Assembly: GCA_964532425.1 (NCBI GenBank)
Contig: CAZHIA010000007.1
Coordinates: 64,008 to 128,007, forward strand
Direction of reading: 5' to 3'
Length of the DNA stretch: 64,000 bases
Origin: an uncultured Candidatus Saccharibacteria bacterium
Lineage (GTDB): Bacteria; Patescibacteriota; Doudnabacteria; UBA920
A program made the translations under genes and the position numbers. Position 1 is the stretch's first letter; each line of letters starts with the position of its first letter. The notes below the pieces were generated by a model. The model saw only the letters and a program-made list of their open reading frames with translations. It had not been told where the DNA came from and did not search any database. Of this stretch, positions 55,605 to 64,000 are shown in pieces.

Positions 55605-57764
55605 ATGCGGCAAAAATTAAATATAGGAATTTTACTTACGCTCGGCGCGATTTTGGGATCGTGCTTTTTTTATACCCAAAGGGCACATGCCGGGGCGCTG
55701 CCGGTCTATATAAGCCAGGTGCAGATTACCGGCGGCTCCGGCCATACGAATGATGATTTCGTGGAATTGTTCAATCCGAATTCTCAAGCGGTGAATTTGA
55801 AAGGATACCGCTTGGTCAAGCGGACCGCAGCTGGGACTGTCGACACCCTGATCAAATCCTGGACGAGTGATACCATAATACCGCCGTTCAGTTTTTATTT
55901 ATGGGCTAACACGGGCTGTGCGAATCTTCCGTACCCTGCCGATGGAACTACGTCGGGAACACTGTCCGATGATAACGGCGTTGCCGTGCGGTTTGGAGCC
56001 AGCGACAGCGGAGCGTTGATCGACAGTATTTCCTGGGGCAAGGCGAATAATACGTTCCGGAATGTATCAGCGCAGAACCCAGGTGCGGGGCTGGCCTTGC
56101 AGCGCCAAGACCTATATACCGAGAACTCAAATTTTTCTATAGCAGCTTCGCACCCGCGAAACAGTTCCGTTGCGGACAAGCCGGCACCACCATCCAGCGG
56201 CGGTACAGCCACTTCCACCCCGCAGTCAGAAACTCCGGCGGCGGTTACGGTGGAAGGAACCGAATATAAGAATAAAGCCGAAGGCATAGTCTTCTCCGAG
56301 CTGCTGGTGAACCCGGAAGGGGAGGATGGCGGGCAGGAAGTTGTCGAACTCGAGAACACCGGCCTGGAAGCGGCGGATCTTCGCAAATGGATTTTGCGGG
56401 ACGGAAGCGGTACGTCGACGGTCGATTTTACGATTGGATCTGTCCAGCTGCTGCCAGGCGATGTGGCAACCATTACCCTTCCTGCCGGGTCATTTGCATT
56501 AGATAATCAGGGTGATGCTATCGCGTTGCTCTACCCAGATGGCAGCCAGGCGGACGCACTCCAGTACAAAGGACCAGCACCAGAGAGATTGAGTTATCAA
56601 AAGTATAAAGACGGCTGGGTCTGGTCGTTGCCAAGCCTTGGTCGAAAAAATTTTACTAAAACCTATATAGGGCAATCGGGGCTTGGCGTGCGTATCAGCG
56701 AGGTGCTAGCAAATCCCGTGGGGGAGGATGAAGGTAAGGAATGGGTAGAGCTACTCAATTTGGGGGAGGAGGCAATCCCTTTAGCTGGTTATCGTCTTGA
56801 TGATGCCGGTACTACGCTTGGGCCAAGTAATCACGCGGTGGCTCTGGATGACCAGGGAGTCCTTTTACCCGGCGAGTTTTTGGTCGTGGCCATACCTGAG
56901 GATGCGTTCCAGCTGAAAAACGACCATGGAGAGCTGCGCTTGTTTGATGCACAGCAGAAAATGGCCGATGCGGTAACGTATGAAGAAGCGCCGGAAGGCA
57001 AAAGCTACGCAAGAAGCGCGGACGGCGCGTGGGCTTACGGCATTCCTACCCCCGGAGCCGCCAGTCTGGTTGATCAGCCACTTTCCGGGGCTTTCATTTC
57101 CGAACTATTGCCGAATCCTGGTGAGGGTAGGGAAGAATTCATGGAATTGGGCAATGCTTCTTTGGAGCCGGTACTCTTAAAGGATCTGGTTCTCGGGTCT
57201 GACAGCCAGCGAAAAGCCCTCGAAAAGGACGTGTTGTTGCAACCTGGGCAGTTATTCGTATTCGGGGCGTCTGAGCTTCCATTTTCTTTGCGCAATTCGG
57301 GCGGCCGTATCGAGCTTTTCGATCAATACGGCAGACGGCTTTCCGCGGTTGATTACCCTGCTGCTCCGGCGGGGCAGTCGTATTCCCGGGACAGTGGCGG
57401 AAGTTTTTTTTGGACCGATGTGCCTACGCCCGGGACAGCGAATACGATCATTCAGGCGGCAGCCGTGGAAAAGGAACCGGCCGCAACCGTACCAGCAAGC
57501 AGGTCTGTGTCCGAAGCAACAGTATACAAGCGCTTGTACGCTCAGCAGCAGGAGCTGAATGCCAGATTGGAAGGGGAGCTGGCTGCTCTGCAACAATCCG
57601 TGGCTCTGTTGGGGCCATCGGAGAACCGTATCGTAGAACAGGTTGTCCCCACGTCTGATACAATGCAAACCGCGCCGACGCAACATCGCGAGGGTTGGTT
57701 GTACGGGATTATCTCCTTATTGGCGCTGGTGTTAGCCATATTACTCTATCGGCGAATTGCCTGA
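55605..57764 (+). CDS. secreted surface protein with four lamin-tail domains (LTD) and C-terminal membrane anchor
   Basis: It has a signal peptide, four repeats of the LTD signature (I/V)SE(L/V)..NP.G.D...E(F/W)VEL.N, and a C-terminal TM. Confidence 0.7.
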   Translation: MRQKLNIGILLTLGAILGSCFFYTQRAHAGALPVYISQVQITGGSGHTNDDFVELFNPNSQAVNLKGYRLVKRTAAGTVDTLIKSWTSDTIIPPFSFYLWANTGCANLPYPADGTTSGTLSDDNGVAVRFGASDSGALIDSISWGKANNTFRNVSAQNPGAGLALQRQDLYTENSNFSIAASHPRNSSVADKPAPPSSGGTATSTPQSETPAAVTVEGTEYKNKAEGIVFSELLVNPEGEDGGQEVVELENTGLEAADLRKWILRDGSGTSTVDFTIGSVQLLPGDVATITLPAGSFALDNQGDAIALLYPDGSQADALQYKGPAPERLSYQKYKDGWVWSLPSLGRKNFTKTYIGQSGLGVRISEVLANPVGEDEGKEWVELLNLGEEAIPLAGYRLDDAGTTLGPSNHAVALDDQGVLLPGEFLVVAIPEDAFQLKNDHGELRLFDAQQKMADAVTYEEAPEGKSYARSADGAWAYGIPTPGAASLVDQPLSGAFISELLPNPGEGREEFMELGNASLEPVLLKDLVLGSDSQRKALEKDVLLQPGQLFVFGASELPFSLRNSGGRIELFDQYGRRLSAVDYPAAPAGQSYSRDSGGSFFWTDVPTPGTANTIIQAAAVEKEPAATVPASRSVSEATVYKRLYAQQQELNARLEGELAALQQSVALLGPSENRIVEQVVPTSDTMQTAPTQHREGWLYGIISLLALVLAILLYRRIA

Positions 57765-57986
57765 AGAATATCGGAAAAATTATCGCAATTATTCCCTCTT
57801 TTTTACGTCACATAAATTGCAAACCTCAATGATTATAAGGTTTTCCACTGGTCTGGATGAAAATTTTGGTCTATAATGCAACTAGTAGCGCGGCTTTCAT
57901 GCCCGTTTGCATACACGAAAAGAATAATTAACTGACTTCAGGCCTGGTGCCTGGGCTAGCGACACGGGAATTAAGACAACAATCTT

Positions 57987-58268
57987 ATGAACAAACTTCA
58001 GCTCACAGAGCAGTTGGCGGCCCGCCTCTCCATCACCCATAGTGAAGCAGAACGCTTCTTGAATACGCTGATACAAATGATTTACGAAACTCTCCGCGGC
58101 GGCGACAAGGTGAACATTTCCGGCTTCGGCCAGTTCTCTGTTTCTCATCGTGCTCCTCGTATTGGGGTTAACCCGCGCAATCCGTCTCAAAAGATCCAGA
58201 TCCCGGAACTGAACACTCCGAAATTCAAAGCCGGGGAAGCTTTCAAAGAGGCGATCAAACTCCGCTAG
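57987..58268 (+). CDS. hup: HU family DNA-binding protein
   Basis: It is 93 aa and shows the arm region GFGQFSVSHRAPRIGVNPRNPSQKIQIPELNTPKFKAG. Confidence 0.85.
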   Translation: MNKLQLTEQLAARLSITHSEAERFLNTLIQMIYETLRGGDKVNISGFGQFSVSHRAPRIGVNPRNPSQKIQIPELNTPKFKAGEAFKEAIKLR

Positions 58269-58341
58269 TTAATTTGCCTTGCCGGTCGCCGGGGGTATCA
58301 AAAAAGATGCACCCGGACCGCAGGGGTAAAATAAAACAAAT

Positions 58342-59655
58342 ATGAAGCATTATTGGGGCCAGTATGTATCTGCCTTTTGTATGGCAGCTTTTTTGGCGTT
58401 GTCCGGTTTTACACCGGCGCGGGCACAGTATAATGACCTGTTGTTCGGACAGGAACATTCCTACAGTGTTGTTTTTCGGGGGAACGGGGAGGCAATCGTG
58501 TATGCAAAAATCGTGGTGACGAACCAAAATACGGAATCGCTTTCCGAATTTTCTTTCGAGGTACCGCGTGCCACGGTATCAGATCTGGTCGCTTACCAGC
58601 AGCAACTTCCGCGGCGCTGCACCAAGCAGCACTATGATTATCAGACTGGCCAGCAGATTTGCGACCAGTATAGCGAGCCGGATTACGGCCAAAATTACTA
58701 TGGTGGGTATTATGGTCTTGATGGCCAGCCACAGTATTTTAAAATGCCTGTCGGGAAAAACGGGAACAAGTACACGCTTGCGCTCCCGTCGCCCCTGTCG
58801 ACTGACCAGGCGACAGCCTTTATAATTTCCTATGCGGCCAAAGGATATGTGAAAAATACCGCCGGATTGTATTCGTTCGATTTTGAAACTCTCAAGGTCG
58901 ATTCCCGCATCAGCACGGCGCGCGTTTCTGTCGATGTCGACACCGACCTGGCCATACGGGGTAAGCGGAGTGAAGTGAATTACCAGACTGGCCAATTAGC
59001 CGCTGTCAGCGAGTCGAATTCGCTTGCCGGTGCCAAAAGCGCTTCACTGGACCGCCTGGCTTCCAGCATCGGTACATACGGCGCGATGGTCAAACAGGCA
59101 AAAGGACTTGCGGCAGGGGAGTCTTTGTCGGTCAAAGGGGAATATGCCCGCAGCGCGTGGCGGTTATATGTCAGCTCCATTATCTGGTTCATCATAATTA
59201 TCGCAGCTATTATTGTAGGAATCTTTTATGGGGTCAGGTTTTTCCGTCGCCGGCATCCGGCAGTAAACCGTGCCGGTGTCACACCGGTCGCAGTGATGCC
59301 GGGGATCGCGGCTGGTGGAAACCTGCTCATTCCGTGCGCTGTTACCGGCCTCGTCTCTGCTGCTGCAGTCATTGCCGTGACCTTTGGCTTGCAGGTGTTT
59401 AGCAGGGTGCTCGATAATTTGGTTTCGGGCATGGGTGATGTGTTCCAGGTGGTCATGGTCATTGTGGTCCTGCTCATTTACGCGGTTTTGATTTTCGGGC
59501 CTGGCATCTGGCTAGCTTCCAAAAGAGGATGGAAAGCTCTGCTCTATGCCGTCCTGCTGGAGCTGGCCTGGTTGATCATCTTGGGTCTGCTGTTCGCCCT
59601 ATTGTTCCAGAACGGGTTGTATACCACCGGTTATTACCCGGGGCTGCGCTATTGA
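58342..59655 (+). CDS. hypothetical membrane protein with N-terminal extracytoplasmic domain
   Basis: It has a signal peptide, a Tyr/Gly-rich segment, and 4-5 C-terminal TM helices. Confidence 0.5.
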   Translation: MKHYWGQYVSAFCMAAFLALSGFTPARAQYNDLLFGQEHSYSVVFRGNGEAIVYAKIVVTNQNTESLSEFSFEVPRATVSDLVAYQQQLPRRCTKQHYDYQTGQQICDQYSEPDYGQNYYGGYYGLDGQPQYFKMPVGKNGNKYTLALPSPLSTDQATAFIISYAAKGYVKNTAGLYSFDFETLKVDSRISTARVSVDVDTDLAIRGKRSEVNYQTGQLAAVSESNSLAGAKSASLDRLASSIGTYGAMVKQAKGLAAGESLSVKGEYARSAWRLYVSSIIWFIIIIAAIIVGIFYGVRFFRRRHPAVNRAGVTPVAVMPGIAAGGNLLIPCAVTGLVSAAAVIAVTFGLQVFSRVLDNLVSGMGDVFQVVMVIVVLLIYAVLIFGPGIWLASKRGWKALLYAVLLELAWLIILGLLFALLFQNGLYTTGYYPGLRY

Positions 59656-59676
59656 ATAATAAACAAAAAAACGCTA

Positions 59677-59715
59677 CAATATACTCACGTCAATTGACGT
59701 GAGTATATTGTTTGT
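59677..59715 (+). terminator. hairpin terminator upstream of tRNA-Gly
   Basis: It is a perfect palindrome, CAATATACTCACGTCAATTGACGTGAGTATATTG, followed by TTTGT. Confidence 0.55.
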
Positions 59716-59790
59716 GCGGGTATCGTATAGCGGTTATTATCTCAGTTTTCCAAACTGATGATGGGGGTTCGACTCCCCCTACCCGCTCCA
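59716..59790 (+). tRNA. tRNA-Gly (anticodon UCC), CCA encoded
   Basis: The acceptor pairs GCGGGTA with TACCCGC. The anticodon stem is TCAGT/ACTGA with the loop TTTCCAA, giving anticodon TCC. The T-arm is GGGGG-TTCGACT-CCCCC and the discriminator is U73. Hairpin terminators flank it on both sides. Confidence 0.8.
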
Positions 59791-59791
59791 C

Positions 59792-59828
59792 AAAAGCACC
59801 CTGCCTTAAGGCAGGGTGCTTTTGTCTA
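59792..59828 (+). terminator. intrinsic terminator after tRNA-Gly
   Basis: The hairpin AAAAGCACCCTGCC-ttaa-GGCAGGGTGCTTTT is followed by a T-rich run. Confidence 0.65.
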
Positions 59829-59896
59829 TGTGCATATCTCTTTTTAGAATTATGCTATAATTAAGACAAATTCAGTGTCCAATTAAACAATAAGTT

Positions 59897-62782
59897 ATGC
59901 TTACCTTGAAACAAAAGATATACGCCTTATTGGCGTGTTTGGTCGTTCTCTCCACCGGGTTTGCCTATAACCAGGTGCAAGCATTGAGCTTTCAAGAACT
60001 GCGGGGTAATGTGCTCAGTGCGACCACTGCCGATTCTGTCCAGCTGACGTCGGCCGGTAATCGCAATCTGAAAGTTACGGCTACTCCGGTCTCGTTTGAC
60101 GGAGCGAACTGGACCTACCGGTTCGATTGGCAGCGGACTGCCAAGCGCGCGGGTTCACTGTATGTGAACCAGAAAGCCATCGCGGCTTCGGCTGATCCAG
60201 CCGGCAGCGCGACCGTGGTCTTGCCGCCGAGTTCCCGCGCCAGGATAGAATTTTACGGATCCCCGAACGGCAAAGGGTCATTGCTTTTGAGAAAATATCT
60301 CACGACCCAGCCGGCTGTAAGCCAACCGACGACGAATTTGACCGCGGAGACGGCCAAAACCGCAGCCCAGACCAGTGATGTTTGTACATCGCAGGGGACC
60401 ATAGGTGATTTTGAAGGATATAATTCAAGCAGTCAGACCTGGTGGTTCACGTTGCCGCGCGACCCGGACCATGAAGGTTGTAGTCCTGCTTGCGTAGTGA
60501 ACGATCAAACCAAAGAGGCCGATATTAACTGGCGCTGTACCGGCGGTTTGCCTACTGATGTTACTGGGACAACTACTCAACCGTCCATGTGTAGGTTTTT
60601 TGCCGCCCCTTCCTGTCCTGATGGCAGCAAACCGGTATTTACCGATCCAAATTCCTGTAATTACACCTGCCCAACCAAAACCTGCCAGCCACGCCCTGCG
60701 TGCCTAGACAACGGTCCGGTTCGTTGTTATCTCCAGGAGCCGGCTGAAGGCTGGTGCCCGGTTACTCGACCGACCAGCTCGGCTGTCTCCATTACCAAAT
60801 TGGATCCGACTTCCGGTGCCATAGGTACCAGAGTCACGATCACCGGAACAGGGTTTACGGAAGCTGCTATAACCGCATCCATCCCGGGCAATACAACGCC
60901 TTTGAATACGGTTCTGTTCAACGGTATGAAGGTAGGGCAGTATTATTCCTTTGACGGAAAAACTTTGTCTTTCACCGTACCGTCATCCCTAGCACCAAAT
61001 TGCGCTCAAGGCCAAATTTGTCCGACGTATGCAATGGTAGTAACCCCCGGCGACTACAAAGTCACGGTGAGCAACGTAAACGGAACCAGTAATAGCGTGA
61101 CATTTACTGTTACGACCGGCGAAGCCCGGGCTTGCACGATGGAAGCTAAATTATGCCCGGACAACAAGACATACGTCAGTCGCGACCCACTCAATAATTG
61201 TGAATTCAAACCGTGTCCAACGGTTGCAATGTGTGATTACGCGGCTCCTCCGCAGGGGTGTTCTTATATCCCAGGACCGAATTATAATTCCACAACTCAG
61301 TGCGGCATGATACTTTCTTGCCCTGCAAGGAGCGTTTCCATTACGACTTCAGATCCCCTGAATGTAACCAAGGGTACGGCCAGTACCATCACCTTTTACG
61401 CCTCCGCAGCCAGCGTTGGAGCTTTTTCTCCGATAAATCAATATAAGTTCACTGAAACCGGCAGCGTACCTGGAATGACATTCACCTCCTGTCCGCCCTG
61501 CAATGCCGGGCCGGGGATGATGTGCTCGATGGTCTGCAGTGCCAATTCTGTAGCCTTAACCGGAACGCCGACAACAGCCGGGTCGTATCCGATTACTATC
61601 ACGGCTACCGATTCCAACGGCAATACCGGGACCCAGAATTTTACGGTAACCGTGAGCGGAGGTGGTAGTACGTGTACGTACCCAATACCTATGCCGCTTT
61701 GTCCCAATGGTGGCACGCCAGTGTTTAACTCATCTACGTGTTCGTATGCATGTCCCACTGTTGACTGCCCGCTGTACTGGTACTTTGACAACACCAGCAC
61801 TTCCTGCCAGCAAAAGCGTTTCTGTGGCAGCTTCATGTATCTTGGCCTGGAGACGTTTAGCACCCAGGAGCAGTGCAATACTGCGCTGCAAAACAAGAAT
61901 AAGCCAGCAAGCTGCGACAGCCTGCAAAATGGGGCCGGCGCTTCCTATTTCAGCATGTGCAAATCTTCTGGTTATACCAGTGTCTGCTTCAATAAGAATA
62001 CCGGCGATTACCAAGGATGCGTGAGCAGTAGCCGTGATGATTGTACTACCTACAACGTAAACGCTGGCCAAAATATGCTCTGTCCCATACCGGGTGTGCC
62101 GACTGTTCCGGTTATTAACAGCTTTAGCCCATCTTCAGGCGCAGTTGGGACCCCGATATCTATACTGGGAACCGGATTTGACGCAACAGGTAATTACGTA
62201 AATTTTGGCGGGTATGGCATTCAGAACATGCCTTCTACTAATGACGGTAAGAGCATCAGTGTAACCGTTCCGCCTATCAGTACCGGCACGGTCCAGGTCT
62301 CTGTTTCCAGTTCCCGCGGACAATCCCAGCCGGTGAGCTTTACGGTTACGAACGCGTCGGTAGTATGTTCAACCGAAGCCAGACTTTGCCCGGACAATAA
62401 AACCTACGTGAGCAGGACTGGTCCAAATTGCGAGTTTGCCCCATGCCCTCCGGTTGTTCCGATTTGTCCGAATTATACCCCGCCTGCGCCAGACTGGTGC
62501 GCTACCGGTTCCATTGTGTCCCAGGGTATTGGTCCTGATGGATGCCAGTTGCCCCCGAAGTGCGTGTATCCGGATGTTCCTCCGACCTGTAATTATTACG
62601 TCGCTCCCACTTGTCCCAATGGCGGCAAGCCGGTATTCAGGTCGGGAACGTGCGATTATAGCTGTCCGACCACCCCAACCCCAACGTGTCAGTATACTAC
62701 CGGGTTATACTGTCCGAATAACAGTTACAATTATGACAGTAATGGTTGTGTGAGCGGCTGCAAGGTCGTAACCAGTTATTAG
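59897..62782 (+). CDS. large secreted Cys/Thr-rich surface protein with IPT/TIG-like domains and repeated Cys modules
   Basis: It has a signal peptide, the TIG-like segments ITKLDPTSGAIGTRVTITGTGF and INSFSPSSGAVGTPISILGTGF, and repeated CP(D/N)G.KPVF....C.Y.CPT and LCPDNKTYVSR..NCEF.PCP modules. Confidence 0.55.
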   Translation: MLTLKQKIYALLACLVVLSTGFAYNQVQALSFQELRGNVLSATTADSVQLTSAGNRNLKVTATPVSFDGANWTYRFDWQRTAKRAGSLYVNQKAIAASADPAGSATVVLPPSSRARIEFYGSPNGKGSLLLRKYLTTQPAVSQPTTNLTAETAKTAAQTSDVCTSQGTIGDFEGYNSSSQTWWFTLPRDPDHEGCSPACVVNDQTKEADINWRCTGGLPTDVTGTTTQPSMCRFFAAPSCPDGSKPVFTDPNSCNYTCPTKTCQPRPACLDNGPVRCYLQEPAEGWCPVTRPTSSAVSITKLDPTSGAIGTRVTITGTGFTEAAITASIPGNTTPLNTVLFNGMKVGQYYSFDGKTLSFTVPSSLAPNCAQGQICPTYAMVVTPGDYKVTVSNVNGTSNSVTFTVTTGEARACTMEAKLCPDNKTYVSRDPLNNCEFKPCPTVAMCDYAAPPQGCSYIPGPNYNSTTQCGMILSCPARSVSITTSDPLNVTKGTASTITFYASAASVGAFSPINQYKFTETGSVPGMTFTSCPPCNAGPGMMCSMVCSANSVALTGTPTTAGSYPITITATDSNGNTGTQNFTVTVSGGGSTCTYPIPMPLCPNGGTPVFNSSTCSYACPTVDCPLYWYFDNTSTSCQQKRFCGSFMYLGLETFSTQEQCNTALQNKNKPASCDSLQNGAGASYFSMCKSSGYTSVCFNKNTGDYQGCVSSSRDDCTTYNVNAGQNMLCPIPGVPTVPVINSFSPSSGAVGTPISILGTGFDATGNYVNFGGYGIQNMPSTNDGKSISVTVPPISTGTVQVSVSSSRGQSQPVSFTVTNASVVCSTEARLCPDNKTYVSRTGPNCEFAPCPPVVPICPNYTPPAPDWCATGSIVSQGIGPDGCQLPPKCVYPDVPPTCNYYVAPTCPNGGKPVFRSGTCDYSCPTTPTPTCQYTTGLYCPNNSYNYDSNGCVSGCKVVTSY

Positions 62783-62904
62783 GCCGAACTGGAAGATGGT
62801 GCGTAGTGTGTAAAGGGAAAACATTCCTGAGAAGAACAGTAATAGGGTTTTTGCATCAAGCAAAAACCCTATTATTCTATGGTACAATAAGTGAGAAGTA
62901 TCGC

Positions 62905-64000
62905 ATGAACGCGTTGAAACCAATCCTTCACCACCGATATACTAAACTGGCTGGCCTATTGCTGGCTTTTTTGGCATTGGGAGCATGGTGTACGGTGTTG
63001 GTGGCCCGTCCCATTAATCTCTCTACTGCAGATTTGGGACGGCATATTACGAACGGGAAGGTTTGGATGGAAGGCGCTGACCGCTGGCAAATGCTGCATA
63101 CCAATTATTATTCTTATACGAACCAGAATTTTCCTTTTGTAAACCATCACTGGGGGAGTGGCGTAGTATTTTACGGACTTTATCAGTTGGTGGGTTTTAC
63201 CGGATTGTCAGTTGTCTATGTATTGCTGAGTGTTGTTATGGCGGGGTGGTTTATGTGGCTTGCGATTCGCAAATCGAACCTGGTATTGGCTATTTTGGCT
63301 GCGGCTGCCTTTGTCCCTATGGCCGTTTCGCGCGCTGAAGTTCGTCCTGAGGTCTTTACCTATCTGTTGTGCGGAATCTACTATTGGCTTCTGGATGCCC
63401 ACCGGGGCGGTCGCAGTTCCGGCAAGGCTTTGTATTGGCTCATTCCACTAACTGCACTCTGGATTAATCTGCATATCGGGTTTATCGTCGGCATTGGCAT
63501 TACCTTTGTGTTCTGGCTGGAACAGGCAGTACAGTTTGTCCGTAAGCGCCCCAACTCGGCGCCGTTTTTGACGATCATTTTAGCCGGATCAGCTCTGGCC
63601 GCCCTGCTCAACCCGGCAGGCTTGTGGGGCGTGGTCTATCCGCTCAACATCTTTCGCCACTATGGGTACTTGATCGTAGAGAATCAGTCTATTTTCTTTT
63701 TGCAGCGCCTCGGCATAAATTCTATGGGGTATTTGGTCGTAATGGTGGCCATCACCTGGACCAGTTTTGCAGCCCGGGCTATTCATGAACGAAAGATTAC
63801 AGATTGGCCGCTTCTTATTTTGAACCTCGTATTCGCCTTTATGGCAGCTAAAGCGTTGCGGAACTATCCGTTTTTTGCCCTGTTCGGCATTGTAGCGTTG
63901 GCTGCCAATATTCATGCGGTGATTAAGGGTTTTCAGAAGCCTGCAGCACGGAAGGTGAAGGCCGGGGTGATGGCTGTTGCAGTTGTTCTAGCTGCGGGCT
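62905..64000 (+). CDS. polytopic membrane protein, partial (3' end beyond window); possibly GT-C-like
   Basis: The frame is open from ATG 62905 to the window end and has many TM helices. It is absent from the ORF track only because it lacks an in-window stop. Confidence 0.45.
   Translation, partial: MNALKPILHHRYTKLAGLLLAFLALGAWCTVLVARPINLSTADLGRHITNGKVWMEGADRWQMLHTNYYSYTNQNFPFVNHHWGSGVVFYGLYQLVGFTGLSVVYVLLSVVMAGWFMWLAIRKSNLVLAILAAAAFVPMAVSRAEVRPEVFTYLLCGIYYWLLDAHRGGRSSGKALYWLIPLTALWINLHIGFIVGIGITFVFWLEQAVQFVRKRPNSAPFLTIILAGSALAALLNPAGLWGVVYPLNIFRHYGYLIVENQSIFFLQRLGINSMGYLVVMVAITWTSFAARAIHERKITDWPLLILNLVFAFMAAKALRNYPFFALFGIVALAANIHAVIKGFQKPAARKVKAGVMAVAVVLAAG

Noticed and set aside
59716-59790. 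Initial reading of the tRNA as tRNA-Trp (CCA)
   Set aside because: The initial reading was a register error. The anticodon stem TCAGT/ACTGA leaves a 7-nt loop TTTCCAA, so the anticodon is TCC, which gives tRNA-Gly. U73 also fits Gly.

Overview
This 64-kb window comes from a bacterial chromosome of about 52% GC, probably a small-genome, CPR/Patescibacteria-like organism (unclear from sequence alone). Genes are mostly on the + strand and include many housekeeping genes.

Recognisable genes, in order:
- hisS (3' part), a HIT hydrolase, rpsU (bS21), yqeY, and ftsA.
- A 5.4-kb insertion of three genes between ftsA and ftsZ: a 1098-aa protein with a central PP2C phosphatase domain, plus two coiled-coil proteins.
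- ftsZ, an ArnT/PMT-like GT-C glycosyltransferase, an M23 peptidase, and a deoxyhypusine-synthase-family protein.
- nrdR and a class II adenosylcobalamin RNR (nrdJ). About 3 kb downstream lies a cobalamin salvage module: cobO, a DUF4430 protein and an ECF S component.
- A DUF167 protein, ComEC, a cyclophilin and ndk.
- A tandem array of paralogous small membrane-anchored proteins.
- A truncated RelA/SpoT, fpg, groES-groEL (with a CIRCE operator), rpmF, nusB, a protein with four lamin-tail domains, HU, and one tRNA-Gly(UCC).
- Two large secreted or membrane proteins at the 3' end.

Non-coding structure worth attention:
- A conserved 84-91-nt leader element fills the gap in front of hit, ndk and nusB. 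It has TTGAC-containing 9-mer repeats, ATGTCAC heptamers and a hairpin that sequesters the SD.
- Three near-identical structured leaders precede the paralogous membrane-protein genes.
- MITE-like repeats (GTCATTGCGAG...CTCGCAATGAC and variants) and several GC-rich palindromic REP-like families are reused as terminators.
- Two ORF-free, hairpin-dense regions of about 1 kb sit at 46.9-47.9 kb and 48.8-49.8 kb. The first begins with a consensus sigma70 promoter that has no ORF behind it.
- There are AT-rich islands at 21.9-23.8 kb and 39.66-40.15 kb; the second is an inverted-repeat-flanked four-helix-bundle (Avd/IVS-protein-like) gene.

No CRISPR array, rRNA or transposase was found.
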